From NCBI GenBank assembly GCA_951406725.2, contig OX597833.1, positions 63,240,001-63,304,000 on the forward strand: 64,000 bases of DNA. Reading direction: 5' to 3'. A program made the position numbers and the translations under genes. Positions 58,451-64,000 of the stretch are shown in pieces (positions within the stretch are counted from its first letter, which is position 1; every line of letters starts with the position of its first letter). This DNA is from Octopus vulgaris. Its lineage: Eukaryota. A model generated the notes under the pieces. That model saw nothing but the letters and a program-made list of their open reading frames with translations. It made no database searches and was not told where the DNA came from.

Positions 58451-58605
58451 TGTATGCATATATAGTTCAGTAAAAAAAAAACGGACAAAAAAGTACCACG
58501 CTTTAATAAAAGTAGTGCTGGGGACGGTTTATGAGACTAAATTCCTACAAGGCGGTGCCCCAGCTTGGCCGCAGTCTAATGACTGAAACAAGTAAAATAT
58601 AAAAA
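58260..58605 (+). mobile_element. SINE family C, internally deleted
   Basis: Head and tail motifs present. Confidence 0.75.
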
Positions 58606-58677
58606 CATAGGAGATAATATATACATATACATATGTGTGTGTGTGTATACACACACACATACACACATATATATGCA

Positions 58678-58733
<56 letters not shown>

Positions 58734-58743
58734 CTAGCAAAAA

Positions 58744-58781
58744 CTGTCCGATGAACGGCAACGTGAAACTCAGAGTAACAG
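58744..58781 (+). ncRNA. 38-nt hammerhead variant (CCGAUGA core, GNRA-capped stem II)
   Basis: CUGU-CCGAUGA-ACG-GCAA-CGU-GAAA-CUCAGA-GUA-ACAG; all three stems pair. Confidence 0.7.
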
Positions 58782-58813
58782 GTTTTGTTGAATTTTCTGC
58801 TGCTTTAAATAAA

Positions 58814-58910
<97 letters not shown>

Positions 58911-59206
58911 TACGTTACATTTTATTAGTGTTCAAATGTTTCTCTAGCAAAGGAAAGCGACGTGTGTAGGGGAAGACTTTGGTCTGGATATAGTATGAGC
59001 TACTTAACGTGTACGTTTGTGTGCTTGTGTGTATGTGTATATATATATATATATATACAAAAAGCAATAAAGATTCAAGTTAATTTAAATGAATTTACTT
59101 GAATATGGTACCTAACTTAGATGCACCAAAACAAACTATACTGATTTAACAATACAGTAATGTGGGGTGATTATAAGCGAGAATGAAGCAACAAGAATGG
59201 ATAGGT

Positions 59207-59297
59207 TTTTAGTACAATCGTTTCATACAAGGACAGGCTTTATTAAAAGTTGCAAAAATTACAGCATATAAACGTGTCCCGTACTCATCAGCTAAAA
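59207..59297 (-). ncRNA. Type I hammerhead ribozyme, canonical core (left arm)
   Basis: Reverse complement of 59801-59891. Confidence 0.82.
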
Positions 59298-59800
59298 TAC
59301 ATGTGAGTTCTCTAGACATCCTAGTGGTTGAGGCTATACTCATGAAGTAATGTAGATAATTAAGTAACATAAACAGATTTCAAAAGTTCATTAAAGTTCT
59401 TTAAAGATGATGTACAGTCTTATCACAGAATTTTAAAAAAGTTTTAATAGCATCACAGAGAAGGTGATCTAATCCATAGTGCACATATGAATTTCCAGAG
59501 ATATGATGAGGGATTACATACTCACAGAAGACAAATTTTCTGGAAATTCATATGTGCATATTTCATAATTCATATGTGCATATTTCATAATTCATATCTC
59601 TGGAAATTCATATGTGCACTATGGATTAGATCACCTTCTCTGTGATGCTATTAAAACTTTTTTAAAATTCTGTGATAAGACTGTACATCATCTTTAAAGA
59701 ACTTTAATGAACTTTTGAAATCTGTTTATGTTACTTAATTATCTACATTACTTCATGAGTATAGCCTCAACCACTAGGATGTCTAGAGAACTCACATGTA

Positions 59801-59891
59801 TTTTAGCTGATGAGTACGGGACACGTTTATATGCTGTAATTTTTGCAACTTTTAATAAAGCCTGTCCTTGTATGAAACGATTGTACTAAAA
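59801..59891 (+). ncRNA. Type I hammerhead ribozyme, canonical core (right arm)
   Basis: UUUUAG-CUGAUGA-GUACGGGACA...UGUCCUUGUAU-GAAA-CGAUU-GUA-CUAAAA. Stem I 6 bp, stem II about 10 bp, GUA triplet. Confidence 0.85.
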
Positions 59892-59921
59892 ACCTATCCA
59901 TTCTTGTTGCTTCATTCTCGC

Positions 59922-59981
<60 letters not shown>

Positions 59982-60042
59982 ACACATATATATACAAACA
60001 CATACATATATATATATATATATATATGTACACACGCATGAA

Positions 60043-60087
<45 letters not shown>

Positions 60088-60430
60088 TATACGTTTATGT
60101 ACGTACACACACACATGCACACAAATACACACACACACACACACACGCACTCACACAACGGAAACCTGAGCGGCCAAACGGCTAAGAGCCTCTTTAAGAA
60201 GCTTTGCTTTTCGTGACCCCTCATTGAGAGATAATTGACCTTCGACCAATTAAGACCAAAGAAAAGGTCAAAGCAATTTAGATTGCAATGGGCGGAAACG
60301 AAGGGACCCCCCACTAACACCTTTCTATCTCTTCGCGTTTTCCTCATTGAGTGAGTGAGTGCAAGAGAAGGACCGAAGGTTGTTTAACATACGATCTCAA
60401 ATATGCACAGATATGTATGTAGTAGCATAA

Positions 60431-60700
60431 AAGGCGGCGAGCTGGCAGAATCGTTAGCACGCCGGGCGAAGTTCTTAGCGGTATTTCGTCTGCCTTACGT
60501 TCTGAGTTCAAATTCCGTCGAGGTCGACTTTGCCTTTCATCCTTTCGGGGTCGATAAATTAAGTACCAGTTACGCACTGGGGTCGATGTAATCAACTTAA
60601 TCCGTTTGTCTGTCCTTGTTTGTCTTCTCTTGTGGGTAGTAAAGAAATAGGTATTTCGTCTGCCGTTACGTTGTGAGTTCAAATTCCGCCGAAGTCGACA
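60431..60700 (+). mobile_element. SINE family B with partial second unit
   Basis: Tail runs into GGTATTTCGTCTGCC again at about 60650. Confidence 0.85.
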
Positions 60701-61475
60701 AACAAAAATACTTTTGGTGAGTGATTTAAGGCCTATTTGGTGGATGTTTTCAGCACATTTGACATCCACATCAATGAATGGAATATATTTGTCAACACGT
60801 GCTTTCTCGCAGACAAGTGAGTTCTCATGCTTGGCTTGTTACTATGGAAACAGTGATGAATGTGTCTGGGGTTTCCGATTGTCTAAAACTACTCAAAATT
60901 TGCAAACTATAAAAGCTACTAACTTCTTATTGATTTATTGCGAAAATGAATTTCATGGCATTGGTTAGCATATAAAAGTATATCATTTCACCAAATATGA
61001 AATCAATTCGGCGAGGAATTGAAGAGATTGGAAATTGCCAGCCAAACAGAAGAGATTCACAAAATGTTATATTAGACCCCCAAGAGCCCATATGGAAGCC
61101 AAGTTGGGAATTATTGCTTTAGGGGAAAAGGGTATCAGATTACCATTGTCAGCTCAAAGCGTTCTCTGTGAACTGTATATGTTGTATTTCTCGTTTGTTA
61201 GCAGGGATCCTGGCTTGCGGTGCTGTTCTGGGTCAGATTAAGCCTGGTAACAATAGTGGCTAACAAGTGGTTCTGAAAACACTGAGATTCGCACACCAAG
61301 GCCCGGCAACTGAAATCAGTCTAAGTTCATACCGTATTTATTTTTTAAAAGACAGTAGTAACATGATTCAACGAGACTTGGCTATTATTTCATGCAATTC
61401 AGGCGACTACATAGGAGTTTACTCATTGGCTCATGTTTTATTATTATTGTCGTCGTCATCGTCGTTGTTGTTGTT

Positions 61476-61665
61476 AAGCAACAAGACGGGTAAGGGTGAT
61501 TAGGTGATGGTCTAGGGCTTAGGGGCGGGAGACCCCAGACTTTGGAAAAAAAAACTTTGGTCGTCTTGTTGTAGTCGAGGGCTCTTCGTTGACGCCCGAC
61601 AGCACTGGGAGGTGGCCCTCGAAGTCGCTGGAAATGGAGATCTCCAGGTCTAAATTCTTGGACGG
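61476..61665 (-). mobile_element. 190-bp structured interspersed repeat, copy 2
   Basis: Match to 18950-19140; (GTT)n on both sides. Confidence 0.75.
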
Positions 61666-62664
61666 CTATTGTTGTTGTTGTTGTTGTTGCTGTTGATGAC
61701 GTTATAAATAACACCAGGTCAGCCTTGTGTGGTTGAGCTGAATTTTGATCAAAGATCTTCCAGCCAACCATCACAGCGCCATCTATATCAGAAACCACAA
61801 TATTGTTCAACATATCCTTCCATCTTCTATGACAGCTGATGTGCTTTCACGGAGATGCGACAGCTATTTCTAGCCAGACGAACGACCGTCTTTCTGTAGT
61901 AGCTGAAGTCGTAGTAGCAGCAGCAGCAGCAGCAGTAGTAGTAGTTCTTGTAATCAGGCGATGTACAAATTAGGTATTAAGGTCAAACTAATTATTGCCT
62001 TGCTGCCTTTTTCCTTCATAACAGCAACAACATCAACATTTTTCAAAACGGGGGTGAGGGGACAGGATCGTCTTAATCAATCTAAAAGGGCACGACGTAG
62101 ATTCTATGACCCCCACTAAAGTTAAAAGTGGACCTTCTCTGTAAGCAGTAACGGGTGGTGGTGTTGATGGTGACGTGCATCTGCGCTGATCGTCATCATC
62201 ATCGTCGTCGTCGTCGTCATTATTGTCCTCCTTCTACTCCTGCTCTTCCTGCTGCTGCTGCTGTTGTTGCTGTTGCATCTCCTCCTCTTCCTCCCACTCT
62301 TCTTTATCATCACGATGGTCATCCTCATTATCTTCCTCCTCCTCCACCTCCTCCCCCTCTCCTCTCCTCTCCTCCTCTCCTCCTCTCCTCCTCTCCTCTC
62401 CTCCTCTTCCTCCTCTTCCTCCTCTCCTCTCCTCTCCTCCTCCTCTCCTCTCCACCTCCTCCTCCTCCTCATCATCATCATCATCATTATCATCACAGTA
62501 TTATCTTCTGAGAAGAAGGTAAGCAACATTGGGCAATTGTATATAGTGTGCCATAGAAACCCTTCCCGCATATCTTTAAATGCCTGTTGGTGTGGCGCTT
62601 GTAAAGTTTCATTAGACGATGATGGTGTGGTCATATAGATAATGTTTGACCGTTGTCTTTTGGC

Positions 62665-63137
62665 AGTTACCTAACCAAATGGTTCCAGGTTCAGTCCCAC
62701 TGCATAGCACCTTGAACAGCTGTCTTCTGTTATAGCCTCTGACTGACCGAAGTCTAGTGAGTGGTATAGGTAAACGGAAACTGAACGAAGTCCGTCATTT
62801 ATACATTTACATTTCACCGGCTCTCCGTCGGTTACGACGACGAGGGTTCTACTTGATCCAATCAACGGAACAGCTTTCTCGTGAAATTAACGTGCAAGCG
62901 GCTGAGCACCCCGCAGTCACGCGTATCATTAACGTAGTTCTCAGAGGTATTCAGCATGATAGAGGATGTGAGAAGTCTGGCCCCTTTTAAATTACTGGTA
63001 CAACTCATTTTTACCAGGCTAGTGGAATGGTACAATATGAAATGAAACATTTTAGTAAAGGACACAGCACGCCAACCAGGAATCGAACACTCGAACTTAC
63101 GATCGTGACGCGGAAACCCTAACTACTAAACCACCAC
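62665..63137. mobile_element. Degraded SINE family C head (+, 62665-62800) and SINE family E (-, 62820-63137)
   Basis: Matches to the other copies in the window. Confidence 0.7.
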
Positions 63138-63552
63138 ACTCTTTCCCATCTTACATTTATTAATCACTTAACGATCGTTTCGATAACCGGTGGAAATGTT
63201 ACATAAATTAACATGTGAGGTTATACTAAATAAACAAAACCACTTATGTAAAACTAATAACGTCTTAAAATGTTAATTGATGTAACATTTCTGCTAATTA
63301 GCGAAACGATGGCATCGAATGCCCTTATCTCTTATACATCTCCGTGTTTACGTAAAGATTTTTACGATTGATGCACAATCTCTTCTCAATCGGTAAATTT
63401 CCTTAAATTCTCTTATTTGTATGGAGAGTCTTTCGTTTAGATTAACGGAAATGTTGAATCGAATTTTCCATTCTGTACATTCTCGAAGACTGGATTTCAC
63501 AATGAGTGCTGTCTGAGGTACTAGCTTGGATTTCTTAAATCCATATCGTCTT

Positions 63553-63553
<1 letters not shown>

Positions 63554-63612
<59 letters not shown>

Positions 63613-63637
63613 GTATGTATGTATGTATGTATGTATG

Positions 63638-63683
<46 letters not shown>

Positions 63684-63779
63684 CTTACCTACCTACCTAC
63701 CTATCTATCTATCTATCTTATCTATCTACCTACCTACCTACCTACCTACCTACCTACCTACCTATCTATCTATCAATCA

Positions 63780-63855
<76 letters not shown>

Positions 63856-63870
63856 GCCTGTCTGTCTGTC
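63554..63870. repeat. (TATC/TACC)n tetranucleotide tract
   Basis: Read directly. Confidence 0.95.
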
Positions 63871-64000
63871 TATATATGTTTGCATGTATGTATCTATCTA
63901 TCTATATGCATTCTTATATTTATACGTGTATGTATATCTATATATATATATATATACACACATATATATATGTATATACATATAATATATATACATATAC

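Larger units (their letters stand above)
59060..59921. mobile_element. TA-flanked fold-back element with 330-bp inverted arms (59177-59506 and 59592-59921)
   Basis: Arms appear essentially identical by eye; the 85-bp spacer contains short duplications of arm-end sequence. Confidence 0.88.

Noticed and set aside
60715-61100. Possible hAT transposase remnant (AYLVDVFS)
   Set aside because: One short motif only; the rest is not alignable by eye.

Overview
This 64-kb window is AT-rich, repeat-saturated eukaryotic non-coding DNA (intergenic or intronic). The SINE families and extreme microsatellite load suggest an octopus (coleoid cephalopod) genome; that is pattern recognition, not a search result. 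I find no credible host exon, and almost all long ORFs in the track are microsatellite read-through. The window holds about 30 copies or fragments of at least four tRNA-derived SINE families and decayed LINE fragments (Penelope-like RT, R4/Dong-like, CR1-like, RTE-like). It also holds a tandem non-autonomous Helitron, a Tigger-like MITE and very long microsatellites (GAA, AACC, AAT, CAT). The main signal is a set of short elements, mostly (TA)n-flanked and often folded back into long palindromes, that carry type I hammerhead-ribozyme motifs. Four motifs at three loci have a complete canonical core. Others have unusual cores (G3-C8 swap, U4C, A6U) or very long stem II inserts. A twice-repeated, highly structured 190-bp element with a partial HDV-ribozyme-like pattern is also present. 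All folds were derived by eye and none is tested for activity.
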